Shown: positions 36,706 through 45,381, counted from the first letter of the stretch. The stretch: DNA of 48,513 nt from Candidatus Pacearchaeota archaeon (GCA_009694755.1 SICU01000001.1:1-48513), one strand, 5' to 3'. Numbers and translations are program-made. The notes: generated from the sequence alone by a model not told the origin.

Positions 36706-36861
36706 GGGCTTATGCGAAGTTCAATTTCCTCGAAAATTTCTACCTCGTGAGGATTTTTCCTCGTGAAACAGAGTTGAAAAATCCGAACAGAGATGGAGAA
36801 ATTTTCAGAGTTGAAATTGAATTTGGGAAACCGAAGTGCAACGAGGTTTCCGCATAAGCCC
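36706..36861 (+). ncRNA. 156-nt nested-hairpin element (function unknown)
   Basis: Closing stem GGGCTTATGCG/CGCATAAGCCC (11 bp). Internal stems TTCAATTTC/GAAATTGAA, GAAAATTTCT/AGAAATTTTC, GGATTTTT/AAAAATCC, GGAAACC/GGTTTCC. Motifs CCTCGTGA x2, GTGAAACAGAG, CCGAACAGAG, GTGCAACGAGG. Confidence 0.45.
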
Positions 36862-36862
36862 T

Positions 36863-36935
36863 GTTAAATGCCCCGAACGAAGTGAGAATGCAATGTGGTT
36901 CGAGCCAAAGGCGAGAAAGTCCGCCGTAGTGCCCC
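36863..36935 (+). ncRNA. RNase P RNA catalytic-domain 5' portion-like segment (P1-P3-CR-I/P4-P5 5' strands)
   Basis: GTTAAATGC (P1), hairpin CGAAC...GTTCG (P3-like), GAGAAAGTCCGCC (36913-25; compare the universal GAGGAAAGUCCGG), GTGCCCC (P5-like). Partner strands lie at 37497-37523. Confidence 0.45.
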
Positions 36936-36937
36936 GT

Positions 36938-37453
36938 TCATCTAATAAATTTATTCAAATTTAAGAATTCAATTTCTTCTCGAGTAGCTTTCAAATCTTT
37001 AAGTGTAAATTCATGAGTTTCTTCATCAAAAGCCCGACAGCAATCTTTGATAATTGTGATTTTAAAATCTCTATCATACGCATCTTGAGCTAAACTTCTA
37101 ACGCAGAGATTTGTTAAAATTCCACAAATCACAATTTCATTTATTTCTTTCAATTCTTTTTCAAGATTTGTTTTATAGAATGGACTGATTTTATTTTTAG
37201 TAATAAGCACATCGGAATTTTGCTTATGCAATTCTTTAATTATTTCAACATTTTTTGAATCTTGGACAAAAGCAGAATTTGAATCTTTTTCAATGTGCGT
37301 AGTGAAGATTATTTTGTAACCATTTTTTCTACAATAATCTAGGAGTTTGTTTGTTTTCTTGATTAAATCAGAAATATCGCCAACAAAATAATCTGAACTT
37401 TTATCAGTCCATTCGTTTTCAAAATCTACAAGTATAAGGGCTTTTGATGTCAT
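36938..37453 (-). CDS. Isochorismatase-family cysteine hydrolase (nicotinamidase-like)
   Basis: ALILVDFENEW (Asp), ITKNKISPF (Lys) and VICGILTNLCV (Cys) form the catalytic triad pattern. Confidence 0.85.
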   Translation of the reverse strand: MTSKALILVDFENEWTDKSSDYFVGDISDLIKKTNKLLDYCRKNGYKIIFTTHIEKDSNSAFVQDSKNVEIIKELHKQNSDVLITKNKISPFYKTNLEKELKEINEIVICGILTNLCVRSLAQDAYDRDFKITIIKDCCRAFDEETHEFTLKDLKATREEIEFLNLNKFIR

Positions 37454-37496
37454 AATACTATTGGCTAAATTTGAATGATTATAAATTTATCGTTAA

Positions 37497-37523
37497 GGGG
37501 CACGGAGGCGGATTGCATTTAAC
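37497..37523 (+). ncRNA. RNase P RNA catalytic-domain 3' portion-like segment (P5', P4', P1' strands)
   Basis: GGGGCAC-GGA-GGCGGAT-T-GCATTTAAC is complementary to GTGCCCC, GTCCGCC and GTTAAATGC at 36863-36935. CACGGAGGCGGAUU loosely resembles CR-V ACAGAA-P4'. Confidence 0.4.
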
Positions 37524-37528
37524 ATAAT

Positions 37529-37554
37529 GTTATCATAAATTTATTGATGATAAC
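37529..37554. other. Hairpin GTTATCAT-N10-ATGATAAC upstream of rtcB
   Basis: Perfect 8-bp inverted repeat. The loop contains the palindrome ATAAATTTAT, which is also at 36945-54 and 37481-90. Confidence 0.6.
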
Positions 37555-37608
37555 CTCCTAAAATGGGCTGTTATGAACATATTTATATAATTATGAAATT
37601 TATAAAAT

Positions 37609-39102
37609 ATGGAACGAGAGATTATGAATTCTAAAAATCAAAAAATCGATGCACCACCCCCCACTAAAGTGGGTGGTTTTAGACAAACACTTCAACATGA
37701 CAAATTGAAATTTATTCACGAAATTTATGAAAAAGGAATGAATGTTCCTGCTTTCGTATTTGCTTCTCCAGAGCTTTATGAAATTATGAAAAAAGATAAA
37801 ACTATTGAACAAATAAAAAATGTGACTAAAATGCCCGGCGTTGTTGAAGCCGTTTATGTTATGCCTGATGCTCATCAAGGTTATGGTTTTCCAATTGGAG
37901 GAGTTGCGGCTTTTGATATGGAAAAAGGAGTTGTGTCTCCGGGAGGCGTCGGATATGATATTAATTGTGGAGTTAGACTTCTTACGACTAATATTTTAAA
38001 AGAAGATTTTATGAAAAAAAGAAAAGAAGTTATGACTTCTCTCGCCAAAAATGTTCCTTCGGGTGTTGGAACTAAAAGTTCTTTATCTTTAAAACAAAAA
38101 GAATTAGATGTTGTTTTAACCAGGGGTGTTGAGTGGGCTGTTGAAAATGGTTTTGCAACAAAAGAAGATTTAGAAAATATAGAAAGTAATGGGTGTATTT
38201 CTGGAGCAGACTCATCAAAAGTTTCGCAAAAAGCAAAGGGGCGAGGAATGAATCAATTAGGAAGTTTGGGAGCAGGAAATCATTTTTTAGAAGTTCAATT
38301 TGTTGAAGAAATTTTAGACAAAAAAATAGCTGATGTTTTTGGAATAAAAAAAAGCGGACAAATTGTTATTTTGATTCATTCTGGGAGCAGAGGACTTGGA
38401 CATCAAGTTGCTTCAGATTATATTAGAGCGATGGAAGAAAAATATGGTTTCAAAAATCTTCCCGACAGAGAACTTGTTTGTGCTCCAATTAAATCTGAAT
38501 TAGGTAAAAATTATTTATCGGCTATGGCTTGTGCTGCAAATTTTGGATTTGTCAATAGGCAAATTTTAGCGTATAGAGTTCGTGAAGTTTTTGCGAAGTT
38601 TTTCCCTAATGCGAAATTAAAACTTGTTTATGACGTTGCTCACAATATTGCTAAAATTGAAACTCACTTAATTAGAGGTAAGAAAAGGAAATTGTGCGTT
38701 CATAGAAAAGGAGCTACGCGTTCTTTTGGGCCAGGAAATAAAGAAATACCTAAAAAATATTTAAAAACTGGGCAACCGATATTTATTCCTGGAAGTATGG
38801 GAACTTATTCTTATGTTCTTGCTGGAACTAAAAAAGCAGAAAGTTTGACTTTTGGAAGCACGGCTCACGGAGCTGGAAGATTGCTTTCAAGAAGTAACGC
38901 TGTAAAAACAATAAGTCCTGAACATCTTAAAAAAGAACTTGATAGAGAAGATGTAATTCTTGAAACTGGAAGTTTGGCTGGAGCTGTTGAAGAAGCACCT
39001 GAAGCTTACAAAGATGTGAATGACGTTGTTCGCGTTAGCGATAATTTAGGAATTGGTAAATTAGTTGCGCGTCTTAAACCTCTTGGTGTTGTAAAGGGTT
39101 AA
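37609..39102 (+). CDS. rtcB: RNA-splicing ligase RtcB
   Basis: MPDAHQGYGFPIGGV, GGVGYDINCG, GAGNHFLE, HSGSRGLGH and GSTAHGAGR. Confidence 0.95.
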   Translation: MEREIMNSKNQKIDAPPPTKVGGFRQTLQHDKLKFIHEIYEKGMNVPAFVFASPELYEIMKKDKTIEQIKNVTKMPGVVEAVYVMPDAHQGYGFPIGGVAAFDMEKGVVSPGGVGYDINCGVRLLTTNILKEDFMKKRKEVMTSLAKNVPSGVGTKSSLSLKQKELDVVLTRGVEWAVENGFATKEDLENIESNGCISGADSSKVSQKAKGRGMNQLGSLGAGNHFLEVQFVEEILDKKIADVFGIKKSGQIVILIHSGSRGLGHQVASDYIRAMEEKYGFKNLPDRELVCAPIKSELGKNYLSAMACAANFGFVNRQILAYRVREVFAKFFPNAKLKLVYDVAHNIAKIETHLIRGKKRKLCVHRKGATRSFGPGNKEIPKKYLKTGQPIFIPGSMGTYSYVLAGTKKAESLTFGSTAHGAGRLLSRSNAVKTISPEHLKKELDREDVILETGSLAGAVEEAPEAYKDVNDVVRVSDNLGIGKLVARLKPLGVVKG

Positions 39103-39283
39103 AAATTATTTAGATAATATTCATGAAGGAAATTTTTAAATTAAGAAATGAAATTTTCTAATAAAGAAATTCTCGTAAATTTAGGAGACTTTTGGATGAT
39201 CAAAGTGTCAAGCACTTTGACATAAACAATTGCTAATCATTGTGTAGGCAATTATTTATAAAGTGGCGACGATGATTTAAATT

Positions 39284-41140
39284 ATGAAGAGAGTGATTTT
39301 ATTTTTTGGATTTATTCTATTTTTTGTTTCTTTTGTTAGTGCTGAATTTTGTTCTACTGATGACGATATAATTTTAAGATTATCTACTGCTACAAATGCT
39401 CACGGAGAAGTTTGGAATGGTGCGAGAAGTTATACTACTGAAATTTGTTATAGCTCTATTTTTGGAAATGCCTATACTGGAACAAATCCCCATACTTGCA
39501 CTAGCACAAATAGTAATAAAATTCTTGGATTAAATTTTGCTACAAATGCGCACGCTCAAATTCCTGAAAATACGAATTATGGAACAAATGTTTGTTACGG
39601 TAATTTAGCTTGTCAAAGTGTTGCTGGAAATGTTGCTTGTCCAACTGGAAAAACAGAAGTTGTTTCTCTTTCAGATTCTACTAACGCCCATCTTGAAAAT
39701 GCTGGTGCGAATATTTATTCTGGTGCGAATGCTCGAAAAATTTGTTGCTCTTCTACAACTACTCCTCCTCCTAGCACTTTAACTGCTGCAATAAACTCTC
39801 CTGTTAGTAGAGGAATTTATTTTGCAAATGTGCCTGTTGATTTTGTTGGTGTTTGTTCTGGAGGAAATGGAGTTTTAACTCCTTCATGGGAATTGACTCA
39901 AAATGGAATTGCTCTTCCAAATACTGTTTTAAGTTTTGCACATACATTTACCGGAGTCGGACAAACAGACGTTAAATTTACTTGCACCGATTCATCTGGA
40001 ATTTCTGCGACTAACCGACTTCAAATTTTAGTTGTTACTGATTCATCTGTTTTTGCTTACATAAATGACCCGACATTTAATGGAATTGAATATACTTCTC
40101 CGTCTTCCCAACCTTATTTTCCAAGAATGGTTTCTTTTAGTGCGTCAGATTCGTTTGCTGTTGAAATCGCAAATTGTGGAGTTAACTGTTTAGGTGGAGA
40201 CTGTCCTTCAACTACGCAGAATTCTCCCACTGCTTGTGGAACTGGGCAAATAAATATTGGTGGATTAAGCACTCCTCCTAATTATAATTCTTTAAATTTT
40301 GACTGGACTTTTTGGGATAGCGACTGGACTGAAAATTGGACAACGATTGAAGGCAATGGAATAGTTAATGGATTTTTGGAATATGACGATATGTCTAATT
40401 CAATTAATGATAAACATATGAGCGTTTTAATTCGAGCAACTATCGGAGATAATTTTGTCTCTGCGAATTTCCAAAGAAATTTCACTTTGGGAAGATGTTT
40501 GAATGACGGAAATACTTTGCTAACTTCAAATGGGCAACAAACACCAACTACTTCTCTAAATGTATGTAAGGGAGCAGATAATCTACCAAATACAGGTGAT
40601 GAATGTTGTCCGTCTGGGCAAAGTTGCGAGTTATCAACAAATAATATAGATTATGCTTGTCAATTTTTACCTGTTACGATAATGCGATGTGAAGATTTTA
40701 CTACTAAAAATTCTTGTGATGGAAATAATAATCCTTCATATCCTTTGGCTTCTTATGGTTCACAACAACCGAGTTGTAGCGTTTTAAGATGTCAATGGAC
40801 TGACTCAACTAATCTTTGTGGAGTTAGATTAATTCAATATGCTCCTGGAAGTAATGGTTGTAATCCTTCACCGACTCAATGTGCAATTAATGATTGTGCT
40901 TGGACTACCACTCAAACTGAATGCTTTAATGGACAACGAACAATTAATTATAATTCGCAAACTGTTATCTCTTCAAGTATTTGTTCTGGAAGTTCAGCTA
41001 ATTGTGTTATGAATTCTGTGACTGTTCCTTGCGGTGCCCTAAATTTTGAACTTGACTTCTTTGGATATACTCAATTTATAATTACTGCACTTGTTATCGC
41101 ATTTTTATATTCGATATTTGGAATTAAAAATGCGAAATAA
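39284..41140 (+). CDS. Secreted Cys-rich surface protein with three TNAH repeats, a PKD-like domain and a C-terminal TM anchor
   Basis: Signal peptide MKRVILFFGFILFFVSFVSA. Repeats LSTATNAHGE..ICYS, LNFATNAHAQ..VCYG and LSDSTNAHLE..ICCS. C-terminal FIITALVIAFLYSIFGI. Confidence 0.8.
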   Translation: MKRVILFFGFILFFVSFVSAEFCSTDDDIILRLSTATNAHGEVWNGARSYTTEICYSSIFGNAYTGTNPHTCTSTNSNKILGLNFATNAHAQIPENTNYGTNVCYGNLACQSVAGNVACPTGKTEVVSLSDSTNAHLENAGANIYSGANARKICCSSTTTPPPSTLTAAINSPVSRGIYFANVPVDFVGVCSGGNGVLTPSWELTQNGIALPNTVLSFAHTFTGVGQTDVKFTCTDSSGISATNRLQILVVTDSSVFAYINDPTFNGIEYTSPSSQPYFPRMVSFSASDSFAVEIANCGVNCLGGDCPSTTQNSPTACGTGQINIGGLSTPPNYNSLNFDWTFWDSDWTENWTTIEGNGIVNGFLEYDDMSNSINDKHMSVLIRATIGDNFVSANFQRNFTLGRCLNDGNTLLTSNGQQTPTTSLNVCKGADNLPNTGDECCPSGQSCELSTNNIDYACQFLPVTIMRCEDFTTKNSCDGNNNPSYPLASYGSQQPSCSVLRCQWTDSTNLCGVRLIQYAPGSNGCNPSPTQCAINDCAWTTTQTECFNGQRTINYNSQTVISSSICSGSSANCVMNSVTVPCGALNFELDFFGYTQFIITALVIAFLYSIFGIKNAK

Positions 41141-43826
41141 AATTTTTGTTGCTTCGTTAATTATTTTGATTACATTGTTTGTTTTTAATGCTGTTGCATC
41201 TGTGACTGTTGTAAACAATACGATTATTACAAATTATTCTAGTGGTGGAATTATCGGTGGAAGAATATTTCTGAATGTTGTTGATAAATTAAGTTCATCT
41301 TCTGTGACGAGTAATTTTCTTGGAAATATTACTTTGCTCAATTTATTACAATTACAAAATAATTTGATAAGAGGCACGCATTATAATTGTAGCACGCCTA
41401 ACTGTGAAGGAGATTATTTGAGCCAAGATTTGACTACTGGATTTATTGTTTCTCCGAATATTAAAAAATTTGCTGGTTTCGTTATTAACGGAAATGGAGT
41501 TTCTGTTACGAGTGCAAAATTTTCCGTTCAAAGTAATGCGGCTGCTAGTTGTTTGCCTCAAATAAATATAGATGTACTGGCAGACAATCTCGACATATTA
41601 ACTAACTCTCGAAGCAATGGGCAAAGTTGCGAAAATACTTATACGGGATGTTATGATTCAAGTAATACGAATGAAGCTCTTATTGTTTCAAATAAAGAAT
41701 ATTGTGAGAAAATGACTTTGCCCGCATCGTCTGCGTTTATTGTTGGGGGAAAAATAAGAAATGGAACTATTCTTTCTACACTTAAAATTAAATTATACGA
41801 TACTACAAATTTGGCTAGTCCTAAAATTTGCGAGTTGCCGAGACATACTCAAGAATTTCAAGAATTAAAATGCACAATTAATTACACAACTTCTGAATCA
41901 AGAGAGTATTATGTTTGTTTAACTTCTAATATTAATGGAGGGTATAAAATTGGATGGGAAACTCAAAGTCCAACTTGCGGAACAGCTGAAGGATTTGGAA
42001 GTTTCAATAGTGATTTTAATTTATTTGCAGAAGCCACTCAATATTCTGCCTCACCAAATTTCACAATTAACGGAACACTTGGTTCATTAATTGACGGATA
42101 TATTTTAAGTAAATATAATAGACAATGTAGCCCAAAGTCTTGTGTTATTCCAATTTCATTTTTAGGATATGCTCAAGATATTCAATTAAATAATGCTCAA
42201 ATAGATTATACTACCGTCGGAGTTCCGACTTCTGTTAATGAAATGCGTGAATTAACTTATACTGATGCTCTTGTTAGTGGAACAAATCTTAGTATAGATA
42301 TTTCAAAAGCAAATTTTATAATTCCTCTAAATAGTAATGAAAGTGAATTCAAACTTTTTATAAATAATACTTTAATTTTTCAAAAAAATATTTCTATTAA
42401 ACAAGAATTTTTCTTTGATGTTGAACCAAAATCTGTTATATTTGGACAAAATACTGAATTCTTAATTTTTACGGATAGAACTATAAATAGTTCTAAATGG
42501 ACTTTTGGAGATGGAAGTGCAATACAAAATGTTGTTGGAAATAAAGCGAGTCACGTTTATATTCAAAGAAATACTCCCTCTTTTTCATTGAGCATTACTG
42601 CTAAAGATAATGAAGGTGCTGAATCGACTAAGCAAATAAATGTGACTGTTGGAAGTCCAAACTTTTTTGCAAATCAGACAATTATAGATTATAAAAAACG
42701 AATAGAAAATTTAACTGCTGAAATAAATTTACAACCTGTTTGGATGCTTGAAAAATTACAAAGAATTGTAAACATAGAAAATATGACCTCTAGAATTTTA
42801 GCGATTGAAAATAATTACAATTCTGCTTTAACTGAAACAGACTTTCAAAATATTATGATTAGGTTGATTGAGCTTAATGTTCCTAAAAGTTTTGCAGTTT
42901 TAAGTTCAGGGCAAAATTTACCACTTTCCGTCGGACATAGAAGCATTAATCCAACATATATTGAAACGATAGATAATCAAAATGTAGAAAATAATCAAGC
43001 TTTAACTGATAGTATTGTTAAATGGATGGACTATTATTATTCTACAGAAATTTCTTTTAAGAAATTTGCTTTATTCAGAGATTCTAGGACAGATATAATT
43101 GCTACATTTTTTAGTATCAATACTCGTCCTAATCAAGTTAATGAAAAAACATATCTTATATTTGGACACAATATAGAGGAACTTGGAAAATATAAAATGA
43201 ATTATAATTTAAAGTCTATTAGTGGAAATAGAATAAACTATTTAGAATTAAACCAAAATTCTAATGAATCATTTGAGTTTTTGCTTGTTGGAGATTTCTC
43301 TGCTGAAACACTTGGTGCATATCTTTCTCCAAAAATAAGTTCTCTTACAATTGAAGAAGCTCCTATATTAAATTGTAATTTGAATAATATTTGCGAAACT
43401 GGTGAAGATGAAGAAATTTGTCCAGAAGACTGCTCACGTAAATGGCTTAAATTTTCAATTATAAGTTGGATAATTTTAGGACTTGCATTTGTTATTGTTT
43501 ATATTATAATTCAAGAATGGTATAAGAAAAATTATCAGAAAAAATTATTTTCCGAAGAAAATGAATTGTATAATTTGATCAACTTTATTTATTCTGCACG
43601 ACGTAGCAAAGTAGATGATTTAAATATTAAATCAAAATTATTAAATCAAGGATGGACTTCTGAAAAAATCAATTTTGCGTTCAATAAAATATCTGGAAAA
43701 CGCACGGGCTTGTTTGAAATACCACTATTTACTCACAAACAACATAAACAAACTATTGAAAAACTTTCAACAAAACAAGGTTCTTTGATTGACGCAAGAT
43801 TTATTAAAAGGCAATCTTTTAATTAA
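41130..43826 (+). CDS. Large secreted surface protein with PKD-like domain, C-terminal TM and a ~110-aa cytoplasmic tail
   Basis: MRNKIFVASLIILITLFVFNAVASV signal. WTFGDGS PKD signature. TM WIILGLAFVIVYIIIQEW. ATG 41130 overlaps the upstream gene by 11 nt. Confidence 0.8.
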   Translation: MRNKIFVASLIILITLFVFNAVASVTVVNNTIITNYSSGGIIGGRIFLNVVDKLSSSSVTSNFLGNITLLNLLQLQNNLIRGTHYNCSTPNCEGDYLSQDLTTGFIVSPNIKKFAGFVINGNGVSVTSAKFSVQSNAAASCLPQINIDVLADNLDILTNSRSNGQSCENTYTGCYDSSNTNEALIVSNKEYCEKMTLPASSAFIVGGKIRNGTILSTLKIKLYDTTNLASPKICELPRHTQEFQELKCTINYTTSESREYYVCLTSNINGGYKIGWETQSPTCGTAEGFGSFNSDFNLFAEATQYSASPNFTINGTLGSLIDGYILSKYNRQCSPKSCVIPISFLGYAQDIQLNNAQIDYTTVGVPTSVNEMRELTYTDALVSGTNLSIDISKANFIIPLNSNESEFKLFINNTLIFQKNISIKQEFFFDVEPKSVIFGQNTEFLIFTDRTINSSKWTFGDGSAIQNVVGNKASHVYIQRNTPSFSLSITAKDNEGAESTKQINVTVGSPNFFANQTIIDYKKRIENLTAEINLQPVWMLEKLQRIVNIENMTSRILAIENNYNSALTETDFQNIMIRLIELNVPKSFAVLSSGQNLPLSVGHRSINPTYIETIDNQNVENNQALTDSIVKWMDYYYSTEISFKKFALFRDSRTDIIATFFSINTRPNQVNEKTYLIFGHNIEELGKYKMNYNLKSISGNRINYLELNQNSNESFEFLLVGDFSAETLGAYLSPKISSLTIEEAPILNCNLNNICETGEDEEICPEDCSRKWLKFSIISWIILGLAFVIVYIIIQEWYKKNYQKKLFSEENELYNLINFIYSARRSKVDDLNIKSKLLNQGWTSEKINFAFNKISGKRTGLFEIPLFTHKQHKQTIEKLSTKQGSLIDARFIKRQSFN

Positions 43827-43829
43827 CAT

Positions 43830-44456
43830 ATGATTAAGATATTATCTAAACTTTTCGGAGGATTTTTCCGTCGGAAAGACAACATAAAAATAGGATTTTA
43901 TGGACCACCTAATGCTGGTAAAACTAGCTTGGCTAATTTACTATGTAAAGACTGGACTGGAGAAGAATTAGGTTCTGTTAGCGATATCCCTCACGAAACT
44001 CGTGAAGTTCAATTTAAAGAAAAAGTTGAAATTGAACATAAGGGAAAAAAATTGATGCTTAAATTGATTGACACTCCTGGAATAGCTACAAAAATAGATT
44101 ATGAAGATTTCCTCCATCATGGTGTTCCTAAACAGGAAGCTAAAAAACGAGCTAAAGAAGCCACTCAAGGAATTATTGAGGCAATAAAGTGGCTTGATGA
44201 TATGGATGCAGTTATTGTCGTTCTTGATGCCTCTGAAAATCCTTATTCACAAGTTAATATTACGATTATAGGGAATTTATTGGCTCGCAAGATTCCAGTG
44301 TTAATTGTTGCTAATAAAATTGATTTGAAAAAAGCGGATGCTAAAAAAATTGAAGCGGCGTTTCCAGAATATAATGTTGTAGGCATTTCTGCTAAAAAAG
44401 CTTTGAATATGGATGAATTTTATACAGCTTTATTCAAGTTAACTAAAAAGATTTAA
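43830..44456 (+). CDS. Small P-loop GTPase
   Basis: G1 GPPNAGKTS, G3 DTPG, G4 NKID, G5 SAK. Confidence 0.8.
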   Translation: MIKILSKLFGGFFRRKDNIKIGFYGPPNAGKTSLANLLCKDWTGEELGSVSDIPHETREVQFKEKVEIEHKGKKLMLKLIDTPGIATKIDYEDFLHHGVPKQEAKKRAKEATQGIIEAIKWLDDMDAVIVVLDASENPYSQVNITIIGNLLARKIPVLIVANKIDLKKADAKKIEAAFPEYNVVGISAKKALNMDEFYTALFKLTKKI

Positions 44457-44480
44457 ATAAAAAAGAGGTAAAAAATAAAA

Positions 44481-44873
44481 ATGAAAAAGTCTCCGAAGTT
44501 TAAAGGTCTGAGTTTACATATTATGCCTTTTTCTGAAATTCGTGAATTGACAATTACTGAAAGAGTTAAAAAGTTATTGCAATTAATTTTAGGAAATAAA
44601 GTAATAATTTTGCAAGGACGTTTGAGGCCAGAAGAAGAAATAAGACTTATTGAAGATACTATGACTATGGTTGACCATATTAAAAACTTTAAAGGAATTG
44701 AACTTGCCGTTATTGACCCGGGAAATAAAGAAGACAGCTTTTTATTGAAAATGCGTCGCGGACTTGCAAGAGGTTTGACTGGAGATACTACTTCTTTAAC
44801 AGTAATTGGGCCTGCTTCAATAGTTAAAGAAATTAAGAAAGACCCGAGCAAACTTGAAATTTTCTTAGGATAA
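44481..44873 (+). CDS. Conserved archaeal small protein (DUF2073-like, tentative)
   Basis: 130-aa ORF between the GTPase and the Zn-ribbon gene. The family name is from memory of this archaeal gene triad. Confidence 0.5.
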   Translation: MKKSPKFKGLSLHIMPFSEIRELTITERVKKLLQLILGNKVIILQGRLRPEEEIRLIEDTMTMVDHIKNFKGIELAVIDPGNKEDSFLLKMRRGLARGLTGDTTSLTVIGPASIVKEIKKDPSKLEIFLG

Positions 44874-44917
44874 TTAATTTGCTAAATCTTTATTAACTTT
44901 AAATTTTAATTTATTTT

Positions 44918-45325
44918 ATGCCTAATCAATGTATTCATTGTTCTGTATTGTATGAAGATGGTGCTCGTGAAACTCTTCAAGGATGTTCAAAATGTGGAGG
45001 TAAATTTTTCTTTTATGTTACTGCTGATAAAATGCTTAAAATTCAACAAGCTCGGGGTGTTTCTCCAAATTCTGTTGTAGCTCCACTTATGGAACTTACT
45101 CACGAAGATAAACGAAATATCGAGCAAGATGTTCGCGAAATTGTTGGCTTAAAAGAAATAGACTCTCCGATAATTTTAGATTTTGAAAGCGTCGTGATTA
45201 CTGCTCCAGGCAAATATGTTCTTGATGTGCCTAATTTGTTTAATAAAAATCGTCCGTTAGTTTACAAACTGGAAGAAGGGAAATATGTAATAGATTTATC
45301 TTCTGCAATTAAATCTAAATCTTGA
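44918..45325 (+). CDS. Zn-ribbon protein
   Basis: CIHC...CSKCGG four-Cys ribbon at the N-terminus. Confidence 0.65.
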   Translation: MPNQCIHCSVLYEDGARETLQGCSKCGGKFFFYVTADKMLKIQQARGVSPNSVVAPLMELTHEDKRNIEQDVREIVGLKEIDSPIILDFESVVITAPGKYVLDVPNLFNKNRPLVYKLEEGKYVIDLSSAIKSKS

Positions 45326-45381
45326 TTTAGCTAATTAACTTGGGAAAAAAGTTTTATAAACAACTCCGAATATTCTAATTT

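Noticed and set aside
36935-37497. The isochorismatase-containing insert as a BHB-bounded archaeal intron, or the locus as a simple circularly permuted RNase P gene.
   Set aside because: Between the P5-like helix and the ATAAATTTAT helix, the internal loop (9 nt versus 6 nt) offers no 4-bp central helix with 3-nt bulges. The genomic order of S-like island, C 5' part and C 3' part is not a cyclic rotation of the canonical order.
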